Shown here piece by piece: positions 11,349 to 20,312 of a DNA stretch of 64,000 bases. The stretch's first letter is position 1; the number at the start of each line of letters is the position of its first letter. Position numbers and translations under genes: made by a program. The notes under the pieces are model-generated. The model saw nothing but the letters and a program-made list of their open reading frames with translations, was not told where the DNA came from and did not search any database. The stretch is from Dehalococcoidia bacterium (lineage in GTDB: Bacteria; Chloroflexota; Dehalococcoidia; Lucifugimonadales; UBA3495), in assembly GCA_965215425.1 (NCBI GenBank), contig OZ244064.1:1244095-1308094 (forward strand), written 5' to 3'.

Positions 11349-11496
11349 CTGACACTCCCGCCCGCGCCGCATGGTGAACTCTCTATGGTTGCGGCCCGGC
11401 GGGGATAGTCGGGGGCCCCGCCCGCGCCGCATGGTGGACTCGCCGGCGCCAGGCGGTGGAGCCGGTCGCTGACACCCCCGCCCGCGCTATGATGCG
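11349..11496. repeat. three copies of a ~20-29-bp box at an exact 60-bp period
   Basis: CCCGCCCGCGCCGCATGGTG at 11357 and 11417; CCCGCCCGCGCTATGATG at 11477. Copies 1 and 3 share the extension GCTGACAC(T/C)CC. The intervening 40 bp are unrelated. Confidence 0.7.
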
Positions 11497-11573
11497 CCGG
11501 TCGAACCAACGTACCGTCCCCACCCCGCGACCGGTTCAGGAGGAGCGGGAACCCGGGCCTCCGCCGGCTTTTC

Positions 11574-12755
11574 TTACCGGCCGCGGCCGGTGTAGTAAGA
11601 ATCGGTGGCGACTTTCAGACCGGCCACCCGGTTGGCTTGCAAGCTCTCCCGGCGCTGGGCGGCCCATTGATTGGAGGCGACAATACCGGCCAGGCTGCCC
11701 TGGAAGTGGGGCATTACGTGGCGGGCCAGCAGTTCATAACTGCGCAGTATCTTTTCCCGGGGCGCCCAATCTTCCACCCGGATCATAAAGCTGCCAAAGC
11801 CTCCGCTGATCTCCTGCAACCGCTCGATACCGGCGATGCAGTCTTCCGGCGTACCCACAATCCACTGGTTATGTTCCACCATAAAATCAACTATCTGATT
11901 GGGCGGGACATCCGGCACCTCATTGCCCAGGGTGTTGCCGAAATACTCGGTAATCAGGCGGCCCCCGCCCAGGCGAATGTCCTCCATGGCTTCCTTTTTA
12001 CTTTCGGCCAGGTGCATACCGACTACCAGGCCCCAGTCCTCCCGGCGCACCATCTTGCCGTGTTCCGCCGCCGACTCCTCGGCGATCGACCATAGTTCCT
12101 TGAGGCTGGTGGCCCGCACCGTGTCCCGGGGGATGCTCATGGAAAGCACCGCCGCCCCGTGCTTGCCGGCCAGGCTGACCCCCGCCGGGGACTGGACCGA
12201 GGCCACCGCCACCGGCAGATGCGGCTGCTGGTAGGGACGGAGTTGCAGCACCGCCTCGTTCAGCTCGAACCAGTCGCTCTTGTAGGTCAGGGGTTCGGTT
12301 TCGTTGAACAGGCGCAGGATGATGCCCAGGGATTCGTCCATCATTTCCCGCTGCCGCGCCGGGTTGATGCCCAGCATCAAGGCATCGGAGGCCAGGGCGC
12401 CGGGGCCGACCCCCAGGATGACCCGTCCCCGGGTCAGGTGGTCCAGCAGCACCACCCGGTTAGCCACCATCAGGGGATGGTGATAGGGCAGGCTGATGAC
12501 GCCGGTGCCCAGACGGATGTTGCGGGTGCGCTCGGCGGCGGTGGCAATGAACACCTCCGGGGAGGCGATGGTCTCCCAGCCGGCGCTGTGGTGTTCGCCG
12601 ATGTAGGCTTCATCAAAGCCCAGCAGGTCCAGCCATTGCAGCAGTTCCAGATCTCGTTCCAGGGCCAAAGTCGGGTTTTCGCCTACCCGGTGGAAGGGAG
12701 CCATAAAGACCCCGAATTTCATTCGCTGGGCCGGGCCGTTACTAGCGCCTGTCAT
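11574..12755 (-). CDS. LLM-class (luciferase-like) flavin-dependent monooxygenase
   Basis: MKFGVFMAPFH...AYIGEHHS... is typical of the LLM fold. Start set at ATG 12755, which is preceded by GGAGGACTTTGCG. Confidence 0.85.
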   Translation of the reverse strand: MTGASNGPAQRMKFGVFMAPFHRVGENPTLALERDLELLQWLDLLGFDEAYIGEHHSAGWETIASPEVFIATAAERTRNIRLGTGVISLPYHHPLMVANRVVLLDHLTRGRVILGVGPGALASDALMLGINPARQREMMDESLGIILRLFNETEPLTYKSDWFELNEAVLQLRPYQQPHLPVAVASVQSPAGVSLAGKHGAAVLSMSIPRDTVRATSLKELWSIAEESAAEHGKMVRREDWGLVVGMHLAESKKEAMEDIRLGGGRLITEYFGNTLGNEVPDVPPNQIVDFMVEHNQWIVGTPEDCIAGIERLQEISGGFGSFMIRVEDWAPREKILRSYELLARHVMPHFQGSLAGIVASNQWAAQRRESLQANRVAGLKVATDSYYTGRGR

Positions 12756-13023
12756 CGCAAAGTCCTCCCCTCTATCCTTTCCATAATGCCTTTCCCCAGT
12801 AAGCTGCCGTTTCCCCAATACCCGGCAAGTATTGAGTCATTCTAACACGGGTTTGGCGGTTTCATCTATGCCCATCGCAAACCTCCGGCCCCGGCCCTTA
12901 CCCGGGCGGGCCGGGAGAGCGGGCAGAGAGCGCGGGCCGGATTACGGCGGGACGGGGGGTAGCCGCAACCTGACAAAAGTGTTATCTTGAGTCGGACTAT
13001 ACTACCGAGGGGAGGAGAACCAA

Positions 13024-13449
13024 ATGGCCCAGATAAAGCATATCGCCATCGCCACCAATGACCCGGAAGCGACCGCCAAGTTCTATTCCGAGGTGTTCGG
13101 ACTCCGGGAGGTCGCCAAGCTGAACAGTGAAAACGCCAAGGGTTATATGCTCAGCGACGGCAACGTAAACATGGCAATACTGGACTTCCAGAACGACGCC
13201 GTAGCCGGCGAACGGGGCAAGGATTGGGAGGGGATTCACCACATCGGCTTCGAGGTGGAGAGCCTGGAACAGATTGAGGCCCGCCTGTCCGCCGCCAACT
13301 CGAAACCTATGGACGAGGTCAACCACGCACTGCACATCGGTATGAGCAGCGCCCGGACGCAGAACGTGGAGACCAAGTACGAAGGCCCCAACGGGGAGAT
13401 GATCGACGTTTCCGAAACCGGCTGGGTCGGCACGCGGGGATTGGACTAG
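13024..13449 (+). CDS. VOC / glyoxalase-family protein
   Basis: 141 aa. MAQIKHIAIATNDPEATAKFYSEVFGL and GIHHIGFEVESLE. GGGGAGGAG Shine-Dalgarno (SD) sequence upstream. Confidence 0.8.
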   Translation: MAQIKHIAIATNDPEATAKFYSEVFGLREVAKLNSENAKGYMLSDGNVNMAILDFQNDAVAGERGKDWEGIHHIGFEVESLEQIEARLSAANSKPMDEVNHALHIGMSSARTQNVETKYEGPNGEMIDVSETGWVGTRGLD

Positions 13450-13480
13450 CGAGCCGGGCTAATCCGGCTTCCCCAATCCG

Positions 13481-13770
13481 CCTCCGGTAGCTCCGGGACG
13501 CGCCGGAGCTTCGAGCCGGGCGTCCCGGGGCTACCGGAGGATTGCAGCCGGCGACTATCCGGCGTATCCGGCCCGGGGCGCGCCGGAGCTTCGAGCCGGG
13601 TGGCCCGGAGCTACCGGGGGATTGCAGCCGGCGACTATCCAGTTCATCCGGCGTATCCGGCCCGGGGCGCGCCGGAGCTTCGAGCCGGGTGGCCCGGGGC
13701 TACCGGGGGCTACCGGGGGATTGCAGCCGGCGACTATCCGGTTCATCCGGGCCGGCCCGGTTGGTTAAAG
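13481..13770. repeat. tandem repeat (units of 79 and 89 bp, about 3 copies); the first unit forms a ~60-nt near-perfect hairpin
   Basis: CGCGCCGGAGCTTCGAGCCGGG recurs at 13500, 13579 and 13668. ATTGCAGCCGGCGACTATCC occurs three times. CCTCCGGTAGC (13481-13491) pairs with GCTACCGGAGG (13530-13540). The repeat sits in a convergent intergenic gap. Confidence 0.85.
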
Positions 13771-13792
13771 GCGTATTCCGTACCCGCGCCCT

Positions 13793-14206
13793 TTACGCCG
13801 GCCCAAAGGCCAGGGCCGGCGTATCCTCGTCCGGCTCGGCCAAAATCAAAGCCAGGTTCATTCCGGTGGCGATGGTGTGGGGGTTGGCGGCGTCCACGCC
13901 CAGGATACGGGCGCTGAGGCGCGGCCCCTCGGCCAGGGTAACGATGCCGGAGCAGTAGGGGTTATTGCGGCCATAGCCCTGTTCGGTCAGGGCCGCCGGC
14001 GCTACCGAGATGCAGGTAAAGGCGCTGAGCCGCCCCTGACCGCTGAACCGGAACCACTCCATCTCCCGGCTGTGGCAGGCCGGACACATCGGCCGGGCCG
14101 CGGCGTACAACTTGCCGCAGGCCCGGCAACGCACTCCCATAAATTGCCCCTCTTTCAGGTAAGCATAGAAGGAGGCGGCGGTAAACTCCCGGACGGCCTC
14201 GGCCAT
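13793..14206 (-). CDS. DUF35 OB-fold/zinc-ribbon protein (thiolase partner)
   Basis: CRACGKLYAAARPMCPACHS zinc ribbon followed by an OB-fold. Start ATG 14206 has GGAGGGGG upstream, overlapping the thiolase stop. Confidence 0.8.
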   Translation of the reverse strand: MAEAVREFTAASFYAYLKEGQFMGVRCRACGKLYAAARPMCPACHSREMEWFRFSGQGRLSAFTCISVAPAALTEQGYGRNNPYCSGIVTLAEGPRLSARILGVDAANPHTIATGMNLALILAEPDEDTPALAFGPA

Positions 14207-14211
14207 AATCC

Positions 14212-15498
14212 TTACCCCCTCCGCAGGATGTGGACCACACAAGTGCCGCCGGTGCCGCCGACGTTGTGGGTCAGGCCCAGTTCCAGGTTGGGATTCGGCA
14301 CCTGGCGCGGGCCGGCCTCGCCGCGCAGCTGGTGGAAAGTCTCGATTACCTGGGCCACGCCGGAGGCTCCTACCGGGTGGCCCTTGGCCTTGAGGCCGCC
14401 GGAGGTGTTGATGGGCCGGTCGCCGGTGCGGGCGGTGCGGCCCTCATCCACGGCCCGGGGGCCTTCGCCCGGCTCAAAGAAGCCCAGGTCTTCGGTGGCG
14501 ACAATCTCGGCGATGGTGAAACAGTCGTGGACTTCGGCCACCTGGATGTCCGCCGGCGTTACCCCGGCCATGGCATAAGCCTGGGCGGCGGCTTCCCGGG
14601 CGGCGGAAAGCGAGGTTAGCTCCGCCGCGTCATGCAGCGCGCGGCCCGAAGCCTGGCCGACGCCGGCGAGCTGCACCGGCTTGTCGGTAAAGCTGCCGGC
14701 AATCTCCGCCGCGACCAGCAGCAGACAGGAGGCGCCGTCGGTAATGGGAGCGCAGTCATACAGGCGCAGGGGCCAGGCAATCCACGGGTTGGCCCCGGCG
14801 TCGTTCAGAAAGTCCATTTCGTCCTGCCAGTCGGGAACCGGCTCGCCCCGCTGCTCCGCCCGGGCCTTGCGTCGTTCCAGCAGCTCCCGCAGGCTGACAT
14901 TGAATTGAGCTTTGGGATTCAAGGCGCCGTTGTTGTGGTTCTTGATACCCACCTTGAGCAGGTGGCTCAGGCTGGTCTCGTAGCGGTCCATATGGGCCTT
15001 GGCCAGGGCGCCGTAGATGCCGGGGAAGGTCAGCCCGGCGGGGACTTCGTACAGCCCGTCGGCGGCGGAGGCCAGCACGTCGGTAACGCCCTCGGTGGGC
15101 AGGTTGGTCATCTTTTCCACGCCGCCCACCAGCGCCACATCGTACATCCCGGAGGCAATCGCCATAATACCCTCGCGGAGGGCGCTGCCGCTGCTGGCGC
15201 AGGCGTTTTCGATACGGGTTACCGGGGTGGGGGTCAGGCCCAACCAGTCGGCCAGGATGGGCGCCGTGTGGCCCTGTCCTTCAAATAAATCGGCGGAGTA
15301 ATTGCCGATGTACCCGCACTCAATATCCGCGACGTCAATGCCCTGGTCCAGGTGTTCCAGCAGGTCCTGAAAAGCCTCCGCAAACAGGTCCCGGGTGGTC
15401 TTGTCGCGGAAAGCGCCAAACCGGGACATACCGGCGCCCACGATGGAAACGGGCCGGCCCAGCCGCCGCCTTTTCGCCGGGGTGAGGGAAGTTGCCAT
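14212..15498 (-). CDS. thiolase (SCP-x / acetyl-CoA C-acyltransferase-like)
   Basis: Catalytic motifs are present: ENACASSGSAL, KGHPVGASG, HNVGGTGGTC. Start set to ATG 15498 (GGAGGT, 6 nt spacer); ATG 15504 is an alternative. Confidence 0.85.
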   Translation of the reverse strand: MATSLTPAKRRRLGRPVSIVGAGMSRFGAFRDKTTRDLFAEAFQDLLEHLDQGIDVADIECGYIGNYSADLFEGQGHTAPILADWLGLTPTPVTRIENACASSGSALREGIMAIASGMYDVALVGGVEKMTNLPTEGVTDVLASAADGLYEVPAGLTFPGIYGALAKAHMDRYETSLSHLLKVGIKNHNNGALNPKAQFNVSLRELLERRKARAEQRGEPVPDWQDEMDFLNDAGANPWIAWPLRLYDCAPITDGASCLLLVAAEIAGSFTDKPVQLAGVGQASGRALHDAAELTSLSAAREAAAQAYAMAGVTPADIQVAEVHDCFTIAEIVATEDLGFFEPGEGPRAVDEGRTARTGDRPINTSGGLKAKGHPVGASGVAQVIETFHQLRGEAGPRQVPNPNLELGLTHNVGGTGGTCVVHILRRG

Positions 15499-15742
15499 GC
15501 GCATACCTCCGTTGGGGATTGGCCTGGGGTCATTATGGTGGCCGGCGGGGGTGACGTCAATGGCGGATTGATAGCATCGTTCCGGAGGGATATAATCCGG
15601 AAATGAAAATGAGCCGACTATCCAGGTTGGTTTCACCTGGAAGAGCCCGGGGGCTCTTTATCGCCGGCTCTCCTTAAACGCAGTGATAACATATACCATC
15701 AAGGCGAGATGGTCAACGCCCCGTTTTCACCCCTTTTTCAAT

Positions 15743-15798
15743 GGTTCCGTTTACAATCAGTGTTCACCCGGTATCAAGAAGCGGCAACTACCCCCTAA
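15743..15798. repeat. 56-nt motif shared with 26574-26629 (core GGTTCCGTTTACAATCAG)
   Basis: 47 of 56 positions are identical to the second locus by my count, and the first 18 nt are identical. Confidence 0.7.
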
Positions 15799-15867
15799 CG
15801 GGATGGGCTGAATCCAGCATCGTTACGGGTTAAGAATGCCACAGAAAACACCATAGAACCGCAATGC

Positions 15868-15896
15868 TTGATATGCAACCCGGTTTCCGGTATTCT
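15868..15896 (+). promoter_or_regulatory. candidate sigma70-type promoter for the Grx-DinB gene
   Basis: TTGATA (15868-15873), 17-nt spacer, TATTCT (15891-15896). Confidence 0.4.
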
Positions 15897-15934
15897 GGCC
15901 TTGCCGGCCGGAAAACGGCCAGCGGAGGAAAGGG

Positions 15935-16705
15935 ATGATGCAGGTACACGTTTACACCAACCCTGGTTGATTCAGTTGCCGGACGTTGGAGGAGTTTCTA
16001 ACGTCCAACGGTGTTCAGTATGAGCACCACGACATCGCCAGCGAACCGGGGGCCAGGGAGTTCCTGGAAGGCCGGGGCGTCAAGTCGGCGCCGGTAACGG
16101 TGGTGGATAATGAAATCATCATCGGCTATTACCCCCGGAAACTGATTGCCACCTTGCAGCTGGATACCCAGGTTGACCTGACCGGCCGGACCGGTTGGCT
16201 GGCCGAAAAGTACGATAAAATCCTGAACGCCGCCATCCGGGCCACCCTCCAGCTGGCCCCGGAGCAGTTGCAGCGAGAAGTGTCCTGGCGGCCCGAAACC
16301 CTGCGCGACACCATCGTCCATATCCTTTCCTTCCCCGAACTGGCCTGGCTCAGCCACCGCACCGGCAGTATGAGCGCCGACGATATGCAGGCTTGCCGGG
16401 AGCGGCTGGCCGGCGTGAACGACCCGGAAGCCATCGCCGAGTACGGCGGCGGCGTTATCCGTAACGTTACCGAGTTTCTCGGCAACGATGACAGCGATAA
16501 TCTGGCGGCCTTTGACCGGGTGGTTCCCGCCCACTATGGCGGCGAGGTTACGGTGGTGGAATTGTTGAACATCATCCTGAGCCACAGCGCCCACCACCTG
16601 AAACAGGTTTACTGGTTTATGGAAACCGAGTTGGGCGTCGCCCCGGTAAACCCGGCTACGGCCGCAGATATGGAAGGCATATTTACACCGGAAGCCCTGA
16701 TTTAG
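15935..16705 (+). CDS. glutaredoxin/NrdH-like domain fused to a DinB/YfiT-like domain, with in-frame TGA at 15968-15970 (candidate selenocysteine UxxC; otherwise a pseudogene or TTG start at 15986)
   Basis: GGAGG (15924-15928), 6 nt, ATG 15935. The translation reads MMQVHVYTNPG-TGA-FSCRTLEEFLTSNGVQYEHHDI...VKSAPVTVVDNEIIIGY (Grx fold). C-terminal part has IVHIL...HSAHHLKQ (DinB-like His triad). The reading frame is continuous with listed ORF 15986..16705. Confidence 0.55.
15984..16010 (+). other. SECIS-like stem-loop downstream of the in-frame TGA
   Basis: CGTTGGA (15984-15990) pairs with TCCAACG (16004-16010). The 13-nt loop GGAGTTTCTAACG begins with GG and starts 23 nt after the U of UGA. 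Confidence 0.4.
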
Positions 16706-16717
16706 CATCAAGATTTG

Positions 16718-16746
16718 GCGTCATTCCGGCTCCGCCGGAATGACGC
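16718..16746 (+). terminator. perfect 12-bp stem hairpin after the Grx-DinB gene
   Basis: GCGTCATTCCGG-ctccg-CCGGAATGACGC. There is no clear T-tract, so intrinsic-terminator status is uncertain. Confidence 0.4.
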
Positions 16747-16896
16747 TGGTGGGCGGCCCGGCCGTTTACCGGCGCCCCGGCGGGAGAACCTCCCGCGCAC
16801 CTCCGCTCCGCCAACTCAGCGAGCGTTTACCGGTGCGCCGGCAAAGGGACCCGGCCCATTCAACCCAATCCGAGAGCCACGAAATAAGGAGCGCTT

Positions 16897-17793
16897 ATGG
16901 CAACTTATGACCCGAGTCAAAAGTTTGAAGTGGCCGTCCACGAGCGGGAATACCGGACGGATGGCAGCGAATCCTGGATTGTGCGCGTCTATCAGCCCCA
17001 AGTCTCCGACCCAGAGTCCAGCCCGGGGTCTGGCCCGGGAGCCGGTCCCTTTCCGGCGCTGCTGGACGTACACGGGGGAGCCTGGAACCGGGGGGAACGC
17101 CACAACGACGAGGTGATGAACCGGGCCCTGGCCGCCAGCGGCATTGTGGTCGCCGCCGTGGACTTCCGCCTGGCCCCGGCCCATCCCTATCCCGCCCAGG
17201 TGGTGGACGTGAACTACGCCACCCGTTGGCTCAAGGCCCACGCCGCCGAGTTCAACGCCACCGCCGACCGGGTGGGCGGCATCGGTTCCTCCAGCGGCGG
17301 ACATACTCTGATGCTCAGCGCCATGCGGCCCGACGACCTCCGCTATGCGGTTTTGGAGTTGCCCGGCGCCGCCGGAGTTGACGCCACCCTGGCCTACACC
17401 ATCTGCTGCTGGCCGGTGCTGGACCCCTACGCCCGCTACCAGTACGCCCGGGAAGCGAACAACGAGCGGCTGGCCGCCTCCAGCGAGGCCTACTTCCTGA
17501 ACCAGGAGGCGATGCGGGAAGGGAATCCCCAGCAGATCCTGGAGCGCGGCGAAAAGGCGCTGCTGCCCCCCACCCTGATTATCCAGGGCACCCGGGACGA
17601 CAACGTGCCGCTGTCCATCCCGAACCGGTTTGCGGAAGCCTTCCGCGCCGCCGGCGGCGACATCCAGCTGGAAATTTTCCCGGAAATGCCCCACGGTTTT
17701 GGCAATACCCCCGGCCCGGAGTCGGACCGAGCCATTGAATTGATGCAGGCTTTTATCGCCCGCTGCCTGGCGACGGCCGGGGCGGCGGTTTAA
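16897..17793 (+). CDS. alpha/beta hydrolase (esterase/lipase, HSL-like)
   Basis: 298 aa. HGGAW oxyanion motif, GIGSSSGGH nucleophile elbow and a C-terminal His (EMPHGF). Confidence 0.85.
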   Translation: MATYDPSQKFEVAVHEREYRTDGSESWIVRVYQPQVSDPESSPGSGPGAGPFPALLDVHGGAWNRGERHNDEVMNRALAASGIVVAAVDFRLAPAHPYPAQVVDVNYATRWLKAHAAEFNATADRVGGIGSSSGGHTLMLSAMRPDDLRYAVLELPGAAGVDATLAYTICCWPVLDPYARYQYAREANNERLAASSEAYFLNQEAMREGNPQQILERGEKALLPPTLIIQGTRDDNVPLSIPNRFAEAFRAAGGDIQLEIFPEMPHGFGNTPGPESDRAIELMQAFIARCLATAGAAV

Positions 17794-18001
17794 CCGGGGT
17801 GGGTTTCGCTGAAGGAGCGGGGTTGCCGGGGCGGGCTTTGCTTTGTACCCGCCCGTTGCGCGCCGCCGCCGGATTGAACGGCAGCCGGCTTTGCGGTTGC
17901 CGCCGCCGGATTGCCGGGATGGGCTTGGCGCCGGCCCCGTTGCGCGGGGCCGGCCTTCCCTGGCGGGTAAGACGCGGGTAGGACGCCACAGGAGGCGTAC
18001 C

Positions 18002-19108
18002 TTGAGAATCGACCGAGTGGAAACGGCCTTATACCAGATTCAACGACAGCCGGGCCTGTCCAACTCCAGTTCGCAGATCGATTCCACCAGCCTGCTGCTG
18101 GCCCGGGTTAGCTCCGACGCCGGGCCGGAGGGCATCGGCTGGACTTACAGCCACGGCAGCAGCGGCCGGGGGATGAAGGAGGCGATCGACACCCTGCTGG
18201 CGCCCCGGCTGCTTGGCGAAGACCCCGGCCATCCCGGTGATATCGAAAGGCTGTGGGACCGGTTGTGGCGCAGCGTCTTTCCCAACATCACCATGGCCGG
18301 CCTCACCGCAGTGGCATTGGCGCCGCTGGATATTGCCCTCTGGGATCTGGCCGGCAAAGCCGCCGGCCAACCCCTCTTTCGCCTGCTGGGTGGCTACCGG
18401 AACCGGGTTCCCGCCTACGGTAGCGGCCTGGACCTGGCCTATTCCACGGAGGAGTTGCTGGACGAGGTGGAGAGCTTTATCGGCCAGAACTATTGGGGTG
18501 TGAAAATCAAGATCGGCCGGGAACGGCTGGAGGAGGACGTTGACCGGCTGCGCGCCGTGCGTCAGGCCATCGGCCCCCACACGCCCCTGATGGTGGACGC
18601 CAATCAACGCTGGACCGTCGGGGAAGCCATTACCCGGGCCCGGGCCATGGAGCAGTTTAACCTGTTCTGGCTGGAGGAGCCGATTCCGGCGGAAGACCAT
18701 GCCGGCTACCAGCGGCTGGGCCGCACGGTCAACGTCGCCCTGGCCGCCGGCGAGGGCGAGCACCTGACCGAACAATTCCTCGACCTGTTCCAGCGGGGCG
18801 CTATCCAGTTCGTGCAGGCCGACGTGTGCCGGGTCGGTGGCGTAACCCCCTGGATGCGGATTGCCCGCCTGGCCGACGCCTACCACCTGCCCATGGCCCC
18901 GCACCTGGTAGAGGAATTATCCGTCCACCTGTGCTGCGGCGCGTCCAACGGTTTCCTGGTGGAACACCTGCCCACCCTGAACCTGAACAACACCGGCTTC
19001 ATCCGGAACCCGGTCCTGCCCCAACAGGGAGTTTTCACCCCCCTGAAGACCCCGGGACATGGGGTAGAGTTCGACTTCCCGGCCCTGGAAAAGTTCCGGT
19101 TGGATTAG
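18002..19108 (+). CDS. enolase-superfamily enzyme (mandelate racemase / muconate lactonizing family)
   Basis: VKIKIG, MVDANQRW, FWLEEP and AAGE motifs. Start set to TTG 18002, which follows AGGAGG. The longer listed ORF has a Pro/Arg-rich, implausible N-terminus. Confidence 0.85.
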   Translation: MRIDRVETALYQIQRQPGLSNSSSQIDSTSLLLARVSSDAGPEGIGWTYSHGSSGRGMKEAIDTLLAPRLLGEDPGHPGDIERLWDRLWRSVFPNITMAGLTAVALAPLDIALWDLAGKAAGQPLFRLLGGYRNRVPAYGSGLDLAYSTEELLDEVESFIGQNYWGVKIKIGRERLEEDVDRLRAVRQAIGPHTPLMVDANQRWTVGEAITRARAMEQFNLFWLEEPIPAEDHAGYQRLGRTVNVALAAGEGEHLTEQFLDLFQRGAIQFVQADVCRVGGVTPWMRIARLADAYHLPMAPHLVEELSVHLCCGASNGFLVEHLPTLNLNNTGFIRNPVLPQQGVFTPLKTPGHGVEFDFPALEKFRLD

Positions 19109-19838
19109 GCTGCGCCAGCCGCCAGGCGTACAGGACTGCCGCCACCGCCGTTGCCAGGTTCAGGCTGGAGACGCCGGGCTGCATCGGGAGCGCAATACGA
19201 CTGGCGGCGGCGGCCAATAATCCGGGGCTGATTCCCTCCCGCTCCGAGCCAAAGGCCAGCAAAGCCCGGTCGGGGATTAGTCCGGGACGCAGCGCTTCCC
19301 CCGCCGGGTCCACCGCCACCAGAGATCTTCCGCCGCGCAATACGCCGCCTTCCGACTCCGGCTCCGCTTCCTTCCCGAACCGCAGCTTCCCGGCCCAGAC
19401 CACGGGCAGGGCGAAGTGCAAGCCGGCGGCGCCCACCAGGGCCGCGGGGTGCCAGGGGTCGTGTTCGCCGATAGCAACCAGGCCGGCGGCGCCCACCGCC
19501 GCCGCCACGCGGATGGCCGCCCCGATGTTGCCGTGGCGGCGCGGGTTTTCCAGCAGTACCACCGGCGCCGGGCCGGGGCGGCGCAGCAGGGCCGGCAGGG
19601 CGACTTCGGGACGTTGGGCGATGGCGATGACGCCGGTGGCCGGGGGTACGGGAGCGAGCCGTTGGAAAACCCGGGGCAGCGTTACCGTTGCGCCCTTTTC
19701 CAAAACCCCGGCCAAGTCCGGGGCCAGCGATTGGGTCAGACGAGCCAGTTCCGCCGCATCTACCGTAACCGTTTCAAGTATCGTCCCGCCAAAACGATGG
19801 GCGTGCTTGAGGGGATGAAATCCCTCCAGCACCGCCAA
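19035..19838 (-). CDS. SpoU/TrmH-family RNA 2'-O-methyltransferase
   Basis: VLLENPRRHGNIGAAIRVAAA, LLAFGSEREGIS, IALPMQPGVSSLNLATAVAAVLY. The start is uncertain: I chose TTG 19838, while the listed ATG 19973 would overlap the upstream HAD gene. The 3' end overlaps the convergent enolase-family gene by 74 nt. Confidence 0.7.
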   Translation of the reverse strand: MAVLEGFHPLKHAHRFGGTILETVTVDAAELARLTQSLAPDLAGVLEKGATVTLPRVFQRLAPVPPATGVIAIAQRPEVALPALLRRPGPAPVVLLENPRRHGNIGAAIRVAAAVGAAGLVAIGEHDPWHPAALVGAAGLHFALPVVWAGKLRFGKEAEPESEGGVLRGGRSLVAVDPAGEALRPGLIPDRALLAFGSEREGISPGLLAAAASRIALPMQPGVSSLNLATAVAAVLYAWRLAQPNPTGTFPGPGSRTLPHVPGSSGG

Positions 19839-19899
19839 GGAAGCGTCCCGGCGGGCGCGGCGGAACCGGTCGATGCGGGCCTGGCAATTCCGGGAGTCG

Positions 19900-20247
19900 C
19901 TAATTCGCCGCCTCCCACAGTTGGGCCACCTGAACATCGGGCAGCAGGAACTGGAACCCGGAACGCTCGGCATACCGGCGGTCTATTTCGGTGTCGCCGA
20001 TGTGGTAATAGTTTTCCGCCGCAAACTCCGCCTTCACCGCATCCAGTTGGTGCTTCAGCACCGTGAACGCCATGTTGATGGCGTTTTCCTCCCAGATGCG
20101 CCGCTGGTTGCTCACCGTCCGGTCTGAGCAACTGCCGATGATACAGCCCCGGGCCTGGGCCTGGCGCACCATTTCCAGGGTAATACAGCCGGGCGGGTCG
20201 CCCACTTCCAGAGTGCCGTCGATGTCAAAGCTGATTAGTTTAGCCAA
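19900..20247 (-). CDS. small HAD-superfamily hydrolase
   Basis: 115 aa. MAKLISFDIDGTL (DxDGT motif) and GDTEID. Confidence 0.7.
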   Translation of the reverse strand: MAKLISFDIDGTLEVGDPPGCITLEMVRQAQARGCIIGSCSDRTVSNQRRIWEENAINMAFTVLKHQLDAVKAEFAAENYYHIGDTEIDRRYAERSGFQFLLPDVQVAQLWEAAN

Positions 20248-20312
20248 AGGGGTTCCTCCAGGCCGGGGTAATTTTCACCGGCGCGCCGCCGGGTATGGGG
20301 GGCGCGCCGCGG

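Noticed and set aside
9888-11408. 506-aa + strand ORF
   Set aside because: Antisense to pyruvate kinase.
13542-13958. ORFs of 138, 105 and 63 aa across the tandem repeat
   Set aside because: All frames are open simply because the repeat is GC-rich. The peptides are repetitive Gly/Arg/Pro/Ser strings with no start signals. Treated as non-coding repeat.
17843-18001. N-terminal 53 codons of listed ORF 17843..19108
   Set aside because: This Pro/Arg-rich stretch crosses intergenic direct repeats (GCCGCCGCCGGATTG x2). A TTG with an AGGAGG SD at 18002 gives a normal enolase-superfamily N-terminus.
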